34,912 bases of DNA from NCBI GenBank assembly GCA_030670005.1, contig DAOVCL010000002.1, positions 1 to 34,912 on the forward strand, given 5' to 3'. Positions 25,536 to 33,588 of the stretch are shown in pieces; position 1 is the first letter of the stretch, and every line of letters begins with the position of its first letter. Source of the stretch: Candidatus Zixiibacteriota bacterium (lineage in GTDB: Bacteria > SM23-81 > DAOVCL01). Both the position numbers and the translations under genes were made by a program. The notes beneath the pieces are model-generated. The model saw nothing but the letters and a program-made list of their open reading frames with translations. It searched no databases and was not told the origin of the DNA.

Positions 25536-26318
25536 ATGATACCCTTCATAGATACCCATGTCCATCTCAACCTCCCCGACTTCGACCCGGATAGGGAAGA
25601 GGTCATCGAGAGGGCCAAGGATTCGGGAATAAGCCACATCCTCATCCCCGGGATAGACCTCCCCTCCAGCCGAATATCCATAGAGCTTGCCCAGAGGTTT
25701 GAGGGGCTCTATGCCGCAGTGGGGGTTCATCCTCATGAGGCCAAAGAGTTTAAGCCCAATGATTTGCTTGTCCTAAGGGAACTGGCTCAACACTCCAAGG
25801 TGAAGGCGATTGGGGAGATGGGACTCGACTTCTACCGAAAGCTCTCCCCAAAATCAGATCAGGTAGAGGCCTTCAGGGCCCAGCTTCGGTTGGCCAAGGA
25901 TCTGGGCCTCCCCATAGTAGTGCACTCAAGAGGGGCTATTGAGGAAGCCCTGGAGATCCTAAATAATGAAAGGGATGGACTGAAGGGGGTGCTCCACTGC
26001 TTTGAGGGGGATAGGGAAGCAGCCGATAGGGCACTTGGGCTGGGCCTACACATCTCCTTCACCGGTCAGGTCACCTTTCCCAGATCCCAGGCCCTGGCAG
26101 TTGCTAAGCTGGTCCCCTTGGATAGGCTCCTCCTGGAGACGGACAGTCCCTACCTGGCCCCTGTCCCCCATCGAGGGAAGAGGAATGAGCCGGCCTGGGT
26201 AAGGCTTGTGGCCGAGTCGATTGCCCAGGCCAGGGAGATGGATCTGGAGAGCTTAGTAATGGCTACCTCTCAGGCGGCGATTGAGCTCTTTGGCCTCCCC
26301 AAAATGGAGGCGGGGTGA
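25536..26318 (+). CDS. TatD-family metal-dependent hydrolase/DNase
   Basis: FIDTHVHLNLPDFDPDREEVIERAKDSGI, AAVGVHPHE, IGEMGLDFYR, PIVVHSR, GVLHCFEG, ETDSPYLAPVPHRGKRNEP. Confidence 0.9.
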   Translation: MIPFIDTHVHLNLPDFDPDREEVIERAKDSGISHILIPGIDLPSSRISIELAQRFEGLYAAVGVHPHEAKEFKPNDLLVLRELAQHSKVKAIGEMGLDFYRKLSPKSDQVEAFRAQLRLAKDLGLPIVVHSRGAIEEALEILNNERDGLKGVLHCFEGDREAADRALGLGLHISFTGQVTFPRSQALAVAKLVPLDRLLLETDSPYLAPVPHRGKRNEPAWVRLVAESIAQAREMDLESLVMATSQAAIELFGLPKMEAG

Positions 26319-27148
26319 GAAGGGGAATTCTGCTCCCCTCACTGGGCTTGAGGTTCCTTCCCAAGAGGAGCCTGGGCCAGAACTTCCTAATCAACCAAGG
26401 GGCCGCCCAAAGGATTGCCCAAGGCCTGGATCTTGACCCCCAGGATGTGGTGGTGGAGATCGGGCCGGGGAGCGGCATCCTCACCAAGGAACTCCTCAAG
26501 TATGGGGCCCAGGTAATCGGGGTGGAGATAGACAGCCGCCTCTGCCAGATCTTAAGGGAGAACCTGAAATCGGAGAGGCTTCTCGTCTTCTGTGAGGACT
26601 TCCTGGGGTTTGACCTCTCCCCCTGGGGGGGAAATCTTAAGCTGGTGGGAAACATACCCTATCACCTTACCTCTCCGGTCATAGAGAGGCTAATTAACCA
26701 GAGGGAGAGGCTCGAGCTTATCATCCTAACCCTGCAGAAAGAGGTGGCCAGAAGGATTTGCTCCCCTCCGGGGAGAAAGGACTTTAGCTCCCTTTCGGTG
26801 ATCTCCCAACTCTACTTCCGTCCTTATAAGCTCTTTGACCTCTCCCCCTCCTCCTTCCGGCCCAGGCCCAAGGTTGAGTCCACGGTCCTCGGGCTAAAGG
26901 TGAGGAAGGAGTTGGCCGTTCCAGTTCCGGATGAGCAATTCTTCAGGAAGGTGGTGAGAGGGGCCTTTGGGAAGAGGAGGAAGACCATCAAGAATGCCCT
27001 TAAGGGGCTTATTCCCCAGGGGAGGGAGGGCGAGATTTTCTCCCGGGCCGGGGTTGATCCCACCCTCAGGGGGGAGGCCCTGAGCCTAAAAGATTTCTCC
27101 CGTTTGAGTATAGTCCTCTGGGATTATCTCCCTAAAGATGAAACTTAA
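26315..27148 (+). CDS. rsmA: 16S rRNA (adenine1518/1519-N6)-dimethyltransferase
   Basis: KRSLGQNFLINQGAAQRIA, VVEIGPGSGILTKELL, VGNIPYHLTSPVI, FRPRPKVESTVL. The GTG start overlaps the tatD stop (GTGA). Confidence 0.9.
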   Translation: MRRGILLPSLGLRFLPKRSLGQNFLINQGAAQRIAQGLDLDPQDVVVEIGPGSGILTKELLKYGAQVIGVEIDSRLCQILRENLKSERLLVFCEDFLGFDLSPWGGNLKLVGNIPYHLTSPVIERLINQRERLELIILTLQKEVARRICSPPGRKDFSSLSVISQLYFRPYKLFDLSPSSFRPRPKVESTVLGLKVRKELAVPVPDEQFFRKVVRGAFGKRRKTIKNALKGLIPQGREGEIFSRAGVDPTLRGEALSLKDFSRLSIVLWDYLPKDET

Positions 27149-28880
27149 GTTTACAGCCATCCTTTTGCTTAGCCTGCCGATAAGTGGCTCTGCCCTTGAA
27201 TATCGCTTCGACTATGACCTGAATGGCCGAACGAAGAGGTGGGGGAATACAGTCCTTTATCAGGACAGCCTACCCGGGATGAGGGTTAACCTGAAGGGGC
27301 TCACCTCCTCTTCCCTCTTCTCCTCCCCTGGCCTGGAGAGGAGGGAGAAGAATCGGTTTCTGGGGCTTAACCTTGTTATGCCGCTGAGGAATAACCTCTC
27401 TTGGACCCCCTTCTTTGTCGGGACAGAAATGGAAGTGAGGGGCCAAGGAAGAAAGGAAGCCAAAGTAGGGGCCGGGATCGAGTTGAAACAGGGTTCTGTC
27501 CTCTCCCTCTCCCTTCAAGGGGGGGGAGTAGCCCTGAGGAGGGACGAGGGTTCACCGCTCTCAGGCCTGATCTATGGAATGAAGGGGGAGATAAAGCTCC
27601 CCTCAGATCGGAAGGTTGTGGCCAACCTCAGGTTTGGCCGAAGAAAGGAGGCCCTGAAGCTGGTTCCTAAAGAGGGGAGTAGCCTTATCTTCCGGATGGG
27701 ATTGGAGAGTTGGAGGATCAAGAATGGGGTCTCCATTCTGGACTCCACCCAGGAGAGGAACTACTTTTTGGGAGATAAACCAGACTCCACTGGAGGGAGA
27801 AGGGAAAGGGTGAGGGAGATAAGGTTTAACTCCCGAGTCAGCCTGATCGGAGGGTTTCGGGGAGACCTCTCCCTCTTCCGCTCCCAGGGGGTGACCCATC
27901 GCCGGAGGGGGAGGGAGGGATGGGCCAGGGTGGTGGAGGAGCTGAGGGATGGATTCTCCTTGACCGTTGAGCACCCCTTGGGCAATGGGTATCGGTTTTC
28001 CCTTTTCTATAGATACCTAAGAGGGGAAGATGACTACGAGGGAGAGTTAAGGGATGAAAGACTGGAGGGCGGAGAACTGGGGGGGATTTTAAGCTGGATT
28101 CCATCCCCTGCTGACTCCCTGAAATTGGAGGGCTTCGCCGGGCTGAGGTCGGTAAAGCCCTCGGCTCAGGCCAACTATGACGATCGAGATGAAGCAAACA
28201 GGTTCCTGCGAGGGAGCATCTCTCATCGTTTTTCCCCTTGCCTTCACCTCAAGGTCAAAGCAGGTCTGGAGATGGAGAAACAGATCTATGTCCAGGGGGA
28301 GAAATCGGCAAACAACAACTCCGTTATGATCTACTCCCTGGCTCCTGAAACGATCTGGAGGGTAGGTGAAGGGCTGTCCTTAAGGCAGGGATTCAGGCTA
28401 AGTGCCAGGTATCAGACATATGATTGGGCTCAAAGCCAGCATATGGATAATCTCCTGCGGGGCTTGGAGTCGGAGAGCGGGCTCTACTGGAGGTTGAGCA
28501 GTAGGCTCAGGGGGAGGCTAAGCTATCTCCACAAGTGGGAGGATTATGGAAAACTGAAGTGGGAGGATGAGTGGGTAGAAAGGCTAAGCTGGAAGAGAAC
28601 CTCCAACCAGTTGAGCTTCTCCTTTAGCTATTTACCCAGCAAAGGTTTTCGCCTAACTCCAGGTCTTGTTTATGGATTGGAGAGGGAATTGGTCCCGGAG
28701 ATCTCCCCCTTAGGGGGAGGATGGGAGCTTTCGGCAAAGGAAAGGAGACTACGCCTCTCTCTCGAGGGAGGTCTCTCCTTAGGCAGGAGAGGTTTGATCC
28801 TACTCCAGGGGAGCCGCAGGATCATTGTGGGAGGGGAGAACTTCGATTATCTCAACTTAAACATAAACCTATTTTACTAA
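27138..28880 (+). CDS. Putative outer-membrane beta-barrel protein, unknown family
   Basis: Signal peptide MKLKFTAILLLSLPISGSA. Alternating-polarity strands run throughout. The C-terminus ends ...LNLNINLFY (terminal aromatic residue). It overlaps rsmA by 11 nt. Confidence 0.55.
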   Translation: MKLKFTAILLLSLPISGSALEYRFDYDLNGRTKRWGNTVLYQDSLPGMRVNLKGLTSSSLFSSPGLERREKNRFLGLNLVMPLRNNLSWTPFFVGTEMEVRGQGRKEAKVGAGIELKQGSVLSLSLQGGGVALRRDEGSPLSGLIYGMKGEIKLPSDRKVVANLRFGRRKEALKLVPKEGSSLIFRMGLESWRIKNGVSILDSTQERNYFLGDKPDSTGGRRERVREIRFNSRVSLIGGFRGDLSLFRSQGVTHRRRGREGWARVVEELRDGFSLTVEHPLGNGYRFSLFYRYLRGEDDYEGELRDERLEGGELGGILSWIPSPADSLKLEGFAGLRSVKPSAQANYDDRDEANRFLRGSISHRFSPCLHLKVKAGLEMEKQIYVQGEKSANNNSVMIYSLAPETIWRVGEGLSLRQGFRLSARYQTYDWAQSQHMDNLLRGLESESGLYWRLSSRLRGRLSYLHKWEDYGKLKWEDEWVERLSWKRTSNQLSFSFSYLPSKGFRLTPGLVYGLERELVPEISPLGGGWELSAKERRLRLSLEGGLSLGRRGLILLQGSRRIIVGGENFDYLNLNINLFY

Positions 28881-28896
28881 CCTGAATAATTCGTAT

Positions 28897-29067
28897 GCCA
28901 CAAAGGCACCAAGCCCCAAAGTCTTGATTAAATATAGATTAAGCAAATGTTCACAGGTTAATGCAGAGAAACTGAGTTTAACAAACAGGGGTTCTTATGT
29001 TTAATCTTCTTAGTAATCCTTCGACTTCGCTCAGGACATGCTTGGTGGCTTCGTGGCTAAATTTATG
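28897..29067. repeat. Inverted-repeat (MITE-like) element in the intergenic region
   Basis: GCCACAAAGGCACCAAGC (28897..28914) against GCTTGGTGGCTTCGTGGC (29050..29067): 16 of 18 positions are complementary. Confidence 0.4.
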
Positions 29068-29075
29068 AATAGTTC

Positions 29076-29672
29076 GTGCCAATGAATAAAAAGGCTTTTT
29101 TGTCTATCATACTTTTTCTCATATTAGGGACAGCCTGTAAGAACCCCTTCTCTCTGCGCAAAAGCGAAGAGCCAAAGGGAAAACCGGGCAGGTGGGAGGT
29201 GCCCACTAAGCCTCAAGAGGCCATAAACAATCTGGCCAGGGTCTATAGGGATCAGTCCTTAGTAAACCTTGCCAACTGTCTGGATAAATCCTTTACCTTC
29301 TCCGCCCCAGAGGAGTCCCTCCGTTCCCCCTCTCTCTTTTACAACTGGGAGAAGACCAGGGAAGTAGAGGTCACCAGAGGGATATTCTCTCAGGTGATTC
29401 CGGATTCCCTCTCCATCTTCCTCTCCTTGGAAAAGGATTCCCTGATATCCGATGAGATTTATACTGAGCAGGCAACCCTATATCGGCGCTACTATCTGAT
29501 CGTAGAGGGATCTGCCAACGCCCCCTTACACCATCCTGCCTATGGTCTGGCCTGTTTCAGGTTGATCCTGGGGGATGATAACCTCTGGAGGCTAAGCTTC
29601 TGGAGGGATGAGCCCGTGGAGAGGGATGGGGCAAATAGCTGGGCTGCCCTCAAGATTGAACTTGGCTGGTAG
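29076..29672 (+). CDS. Putative lipoprotein of unknown function
   Basis: MPMNKKAFLSIILFLILGTAC provides a lipobox-like Cys. I recognised no domain. Confidence 0.5.
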   Translation: MPMNKKAFLSIILFLILGTACKNPFSLRKSEEPKGKPGRWEVPTKPQEAINNLARVYRDQSLVNLANCLDKSFTFSAPEESLRSPSLFYNWEKTREVEVTRGIFSQVIPDSLSIFLSLEKDSLISDEIYTEQATLYRRYYLIVEGSANAPLHHPAYGLACFRLILGDDNLWRLSFWRDEPVERDGANSWAALKIELGW

Positions 29673-29692
29673 CGAAACCATATGGGTAGGTC

Positions 29693-29783
29693 GGGGTCAA
29701 GCCTTTAACTGCTAATTACCGTAGGGGGCTGTCAGAGGGGGATACTTAGCAGCGCCTAAATTGGTAATTAAAGGTTTGACCCC
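29693..29783. repeat. 91-bp palindromic element with 16-bp terminal inverted repeats, at the core/cassette boundary
   Basis: GGGGTCAAGCCTTTAA (29693..29708) pairs with TTAAAGGTTTGACCCC (29768..29783) with one mismatch. An internal stem is CTGCTAA/TTAGCAG. Confidence 0.6.
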
Positions 29784-29878
29784 CAACTGTGCTTCGGGTA
29801 GGGATACTGCTCCAGGTACTCCCGGGCGAAAGTGGTTTTGCCCGATCCATTAGGACCGGCAACGACTAAGGCTTGCAC
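29768..29878 (-). pseudogene. 5' fragment of a zeta-toxin-like / AAA P-loop kinase gene, truncated by the palindromic element
   Basis: GGGAGG precedes a GTG at 29878. The product is VQALVVAGPNGSGKTTFAREYLEQYPYPKH (Walker A GPNGSGKT). The frame then reads into the right TIR and stops after 36 codons. Confidence 0.5.
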
Positions 29879-29924
29879 TCTCAATCAACCTCCCACTCGC
29901 CATATGTCTGAGTTCAAGCGCTTG

Positions 29925-30089
29925 TTATGAGGCTTTTTGTTGCTTGATTGCGAAAGACACGACGCGATGATTAGAAGCTTTTTGCCTTCTTCGAGCATCT
30001 TCTACTATATTCTTTATGTTGTAGTTGAATTTCTCGGCATTAGCTTCACGAATTTTTCGAACTTCTTGAACTATAGGATCTTTCCACAT
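29925..30089 (-). CDS. 54-aa protein, conserved small partner of the upstream PIN-like gene (below the ORF-track size cut-off)
   Basis: MWKDPIVQEVRKIREANAEKFNYNIKNIVEDARRRQKASNHRVVSFAIKQQKAS. The ATG lies 1 nt after the PIN-like gene stop. The N-terminal block (DPIVxEVRxxRxxxAxKFNYd) is one I recall from small ORFs in similar pairs, but this is unverified. Confidence 0.5.
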   Translation of the reverse strand: MWKDPIVQEVRKIREANAEKFNYNIKNIVEDARRRQKASNHRVVSFAIKQQKAS

Positions 30090-30090
30090 T

Positions 30091-30567
30091 TTAGTCTTCT
30101 CCCATTAACTCTTCAGGTGTGCAAATAATCGGACATTCATATCCTCTTGATTTGCAAACTGATTTAATTCCGATTGATATTTCAGCATTTGCCAGGTGAG
30201 CGCAGTTCCATGTTAAGAGAAACTGTATGTTGTGAACAGTTGCAATGGCGATGTGTGCAGCATCTGTGGCAGCTTTCTGAGGAATAACACCAGCGTCCAG
30301 AATTGCAGAGGCCAAATCTGTTACATCATCGGTAATATCCAACAGGTCAAATTCAGACAAAATTTCAAGTCTTCTTTGTGATGCTTCTTCGTCCCCTTGC
30401 CCTGTCTCATCAATCACAAACTGCGAAATAAAAATTTCAAAATTATGCCTTCGCTTTTCCCACCATTCATGGGTAATTTGTTGATGTGCAGCAACAATCA
30501 AATCCCTACTTGGTCGGGCAGTCTGATAACTTGGAATTGTGGTTTCTAAATATAGTTTAGCTTTCAT
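30091..30567 (-). CDS. PIN-like domain protein (VapC-like toxin candidate)
   Basis: 158 aa. Acidic residues sit in PIN-like positions: LYLETTI..., VIDETGQGD and ATDAAHIAIATV. WNCAHLAN follows. The C-terminus is CTPEELMGED. Confidence 0.6.
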   Translation of the reverse strand: MKAKLYLETTIPSYQTARPSRDLIVAAHQQITHEWWEKRRHNFEIFISQFVIDETGQGDEEASQRRLEILSEFDLLDITDDVTDLASAILDAGVIPQKAATDAAHIAIATVHNIQFLLTWNCAHLANAEISIGIKSVCKSRGYECPIICTPEELMGED

Positions 30568-30649
30568 GGTTCAGATACTCTTCATCTAAATGTGGCTAAA
30601 TCAAAGTTTATGCTTTCCAGCCTCATAACAATGATTAGGCGACGAGCAC

Positions 30650-30994
30650 TCAATCTTGGAATGCCTCAGGTTCCTCATACAGGTTGAACACAAACCCAAA
30701 AGGATCACGCATATAGCAACAGCCTCCTTTACCCTCCCAGCGGACAACTTCGCACCCTGCTTGGAGAAGCTCTTCTTTTGCTTTCTCTACATTAGGGACC
30801 AGAACTTCCAGGATTGGCCCCATAGAGGCTCCTTGATCAAAGAAGAGGCGAAGGTGCCCAGCTTGAAGCTCGATTGCCTTTCCCTCCTGACCAACCACTT
30901 CGAGTCCCATGACATTCTTGTAAAACTCCACAGCCTGATTAGGGTCCGGAAGCTGTAAACAAACACATCGGCCAAATTTGTAAAGCATGGTCAA
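30650..30994 (-). CDS. VOC-family (glyoxalase/bleomycin-resistance/dioxygenase fold) protein
   Basis: 114 aa. AVEFYKNVMGLEVV...HLRLFFDQ..., LEVLVPNVEKAKEELLQAGCEVV...YMRDPFGFVFNLYE. Confidence 0.8.
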   Translation of the reverse strand: MTMLYKFGRCVCLQLPDPNQAVEFYKNVMGLEVVGQEGKAIELQAGHLRLFFDQGASMGPILEVLVPNVEKAKEELLQAGCEVVRWEGKGGCCYMRDPFGFVFNLYEEPEAFQD

Positions 30995-31018
30995 ACGACT
31001 CCCTTCTCATAGTATGTC

Positions 31019-31092
31019 GCTTAACGGGTGGCTAAGCGGCTGGCAAAGAAGCGCAGCGGATTTGCCAGTCCGACTTCAGCCGATTGTTGTAC
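31019..31092. other. attC-like recombination site
   Basis: gCTTAAC is followed by a 4-nt unpaired spacer. GGCTAAGCGG pairs with CCG(a)CTT(c)AGCC, and CTGGCAAA pairs with TTTGCCAG around the loop GAAGCGCAGCGGA. The site ends with a second spacer and GTTGTac. The extra unpaired bases are all in the right arm. Confidence 0.6.
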
Positions 31093-31268
31093 GCTCTACA
31101 AATTGATCCTTCAGAAATCATGTTATTTTGAACTCAACTTGGATTTGTATTAATCAGTATTTGTGACATTATTTAGTTTTCGCCCGATCTTTCTCTGCTT
31201 CAAAGGATCCCGATAGCATGCTTTTACCTTCTTCCTTTGGTGGTAGTGAAATATTTCTTTCAAGTGAT

Positions 31269-31904
31269 TCATTTTGCAAAAATTAAGGTAGTGTTCTCTG
31301 ATGTTATTTCCTGGCCATGATCTAATAGACCATTGAAAAGAATTTCAATAGCACGAATCATCAATGGATTTTCGGTCTTGATACCGTCTAGTACTACCTT
31401 GTTATCTTGATATCCCAGAAAAGTGCAAAAAAAACCAAATTTCAATGCGGTATTGAGTCCAATCCTGAAATTGTACGGAACAAGATTATCGAAGACATAC
31501 AAGTGAATATTGGGATGTTGCACCAGCAGGTGGCATCTTTCGGGATTTTTAGTAGCCCATTCCTTAAAGGGAATAACATTCACTGCAACAAACACCTCGT
31601 ACCGACCAGTAGCCACAAGCTCTATGATCCTTACGTAAGGATCATAGCTTGGATATCCCCCTGCACCTGACATCAAATAAATTTTGCCTTCTTGGGCGGA
31701 ATCAATGTTGATAAACACTTGCGCAAACAACTGCCGAAGCTGTTGTCTTGAGGAAACACGAGAAAAAGATCTATATACTGAGAACGGAAGGAATTTGTTC
31801 AGATACGATAACAGCCTGGACTTATCGAATAGTACCAAGGATACTAACGCCAAAAGAACTCCAGCTATGAAGCTTGCTATTATGCTTATCGTGAAGGTAA
31901 ACAT
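31269..31904 (-). CDS. Single-pass membrane-anchored protein of unknown function (second gene of the two-gene cassette)
   Basis: 211 aa. The N-terminal TM helix is FTISIIASFIAGVLLALVSLVLF. A ~170-aa soluble domain follows, which I cannot assign. It starts 9 nt after the stop of 31914..33335. Confidence 0.6.
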   Translation of the reverse strand: MFTFTISIIASFIAGVLLALVSLVLFDKSRLLSYLNKFLPFSVYRSFSRVSSRQQLRQLFAQVFINIDSAQEGKIYLMSGAGGYPSYDPYVRIIELVATGRYEVFVAVNVIPFKEWATKNPERCHLLVQHPNIHLYVFDNLVPYNFRIGLNTALKFGFFCTFLGYQDNKVVLDGIKTENPLMIRAIEILFNGLLDHGQEITSENTTLIFAK

Positions 31905-31913
31905 GGTGACACG

Positions 31914-33335
31914 CTAGGCGCAATTATATGTAAGTTTTGTTATAGCGTCAAAAAAAACAGACAGTCGAGCTTTCATATTGTGGTCAATGGTTATATCTAT
32001 TCCATTTCTGAATTGCAAATCGATCCAGGCTTGGAGAATAACCTTCTTTTCCTTTGAGATATGGCAATTACTGAGTTCAATAGACATCTTTTTACACCCT
32101 TCCAATATTTCTTTGATCATTCTTTCACGGATGTGATATCTCTCTAATAGAATTTGCAATTCAGAAAGGGAGTTATCCGCTTTATTCTTCCAAATTGATT
32201 TATAGAAAAAGGCCTTCTCTTTCTCAGAAGAAATGTTTTCTAATAATAACAATGTATAATAACTAAATATTCCCCGCTTAACATCTGAAAATGCATCAAT
32301 TTTTGAAATAATATCATAGTAATCATTCTTGATTTGCCCGAGTTTGGCACAAATCGGATATATCCTAGTCATTAATTCTTTTTCTTCATGATAACCCAAA
32401 TCTGCTAACGCAGCATTCCATATAGTTTGCAAGAAAGATGTTCTCTGATAGCTAAATTCCAGGTAATCATCAATAGAATGGAATTTATTATTGACAAATC
32501 TCTTTGATTGGGCGACTCCAAGATCGAAGCAAATTTTGTTTACTAATTCAGAATTTACTAAATTGAATTGCCTATTATTTATTAATGCTTGCAAGGAGGT
32601 AGAGAATAAAAATAGAGTGATAACATTTTGAGGCAGACCGTTAAGCCCAAGAGCAGTAAGGCGTCCATAGCGTTCCTTTTTATTATCACACACGTTGTCA
32701 AGTATAATAAAAATAGAAAACAGAATTTCCGCAAGGATAGAATATGCTAACGAATTATTGTCACAACAACATAAAAGAAAAGGAATGGCAGATTTAAACT
32801 TGCGATATGGAGTGGCCTGAATGGTATATTTAATAATGGAGTAATTATATATTTCTTTGAATTCTCTTAGACTGGGGCTAATATATGAATAAAATAATGC
32901 AGTAAATATTCTACCAATTTCGTTGGCATAGGACGCTATTGATACTTTTTGTGAGATTCTAAACTTTAGTATAGCAATAAGGGCCTCTAGTACCGTTGCT
33001 TCTGGTATGTGCTCAAGAGATACAAATCTGAGTTCATCAGCCGTATGCGGAGAGTTATTAACTGGAACGCCTACAACAACAGTGCATCTGTAAATCGCAA
33101 CCGTCCAAGTAGCCCTTTCAGCAAAATAAACAAGGCCATCTACAGATATTTCTAAGGTAGTTTCTTCCTTAACTTCGCGTACAAGAGCATCCTGTTCATT
33201 CTCTCCTACTAGCACCTCACCACCAGGAAGTGACCACAACCCGCTCACAAACTCTTCTTCTGAAGACCTTCTCAGCATTAAAACCTCATTAGCGTCATTA
33301 ATTATTAATCCACCCACAAAACGTCTTTTCATCAT
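31914..33335 (-). CDS. Nudix hydrolase fused to a polyprenyl (trans-isoprenyl diphosphate) synthase-like domain with non-canonical Asp-rich motifs
   Basis: The Nudix box GEVLVGENEQDALVREVKEETTL fits Gx5Ex7REUxEExGU except for the last G. The C-terminal ~300 aa carry RKFKS and FIILDNVCDNKKERYG (at the DDxxD..RRG position). They also carry SYQRTSFL (KT position), KLGQIKNDYYDI (GxxFQxxDDxxD position) and DVKRGIFSY. Confidence 0.65.
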   Translation of the reverse strand: MMKRRFVGGLIINDANEVLMLRRSSEEEFVSGLWSLPGGEVLVGENEQDALVREVKEETTLEISVDGLVYFAERATWTVAIYRCTVVVGVPVNNSPHTADELRFVSLEHIPEATVLEALIAILKFRISQKVSIASYANEIGRIFTALFYSYISPSLREFKEIYNYSIIKYTIQATPYRKFKSAIPFLLCCCDNNSLAYSILAEILFSIFIILDNVCDNKKERYGRLTALGLNGLPQNVITLFLFSTSLQALINNRQFNLVNSELVNKICFDLGVAQSKRFVNNKFHSIDDYLEFSYQRTSFLQTIWNAALADLGYHEEKELMTRIYPICAKLGQIKNDYYDIISKIDAFSDVKRGIFSYYTLLLLENISSEKEKAFFYKSIWKNKADNSLSELQILLERYHIRERMIKEILEGCKKMSIELSNCHISKEKKVILQAWIDLQFRNGIDITIDHNMKARLSVFFDAITKLTYNCA

Positions 33336-33410
33336 GGTTCCGTTGTTTATTGGCTATATGGCTATTCAAAATTAAAAAATTAAACCATCTCTTGTATCGA
33401 TTACTTTTAC

Positions 33411-33542
33411 GTACAACGCTTGAGCTCAACCGCCGCCAACAATGCGGAGCAAAGAGCCTGAATGACCTATGAGCGTTTTGTGGGACAATGCATTTCAAGA
33501 ACCGCAACGTTGTTGGCGGTCGGCTGAAGCAACTTGTTAGCG
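33411..33542. other. attC-like recombination site (long form)
   Basis: gtaCAAC...GCTTGAGC/GCTGAAGC...CCGCCAACAA/TTGTTGGCGG, then a long variable loop, ending ...cttGTTAGcg. The track ORF 33298..33507 runs through it and is spurious. Confidence 0.55.
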
Positions 33543-33588
33543 CAAAAACATAACTCTAAGAACTTGTTCCTATTACTTCCCACAGTTG

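Noticed and set aside
30594-30640. Short palindrome (ggctaaatc..gtttatg..cataac..gattaggc) between the VOC and PIN-like genes as a fourth attC site. A similar candidate lies at 29883..29927 (..aatcaac ... cgcttgttatga).
   Set aside because: Both are shorter than typical attC sites (about 45-47 bp by my count). Their R-box equivalents deviate from AAC/GTT pairing. They sit where attC sites are expected and may be degenerate sites, but I cannot support them without the covariance model.
31093-31268. 176-bp non-coding gap between the membrane-protein gene and the attC-like site, with mini-ORFs (for example a 16-aa ORF with an RBS-like AGGAAG, and a TTG-start basic ~37-aa frame).
   Set aside because: They are too short and unsupported to call. 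I flagged the gap only because it is unusually long for the end of a cassette.
33298-33507. 69-aa minus-strand ORF between the Shedu-like gene and the Nudix fusion gene.
   Set aside because: It runs through the attC-like palindrome 33411..33542 and overlaps the start of 31914..33335. This is typical spurious reading of an attC site.
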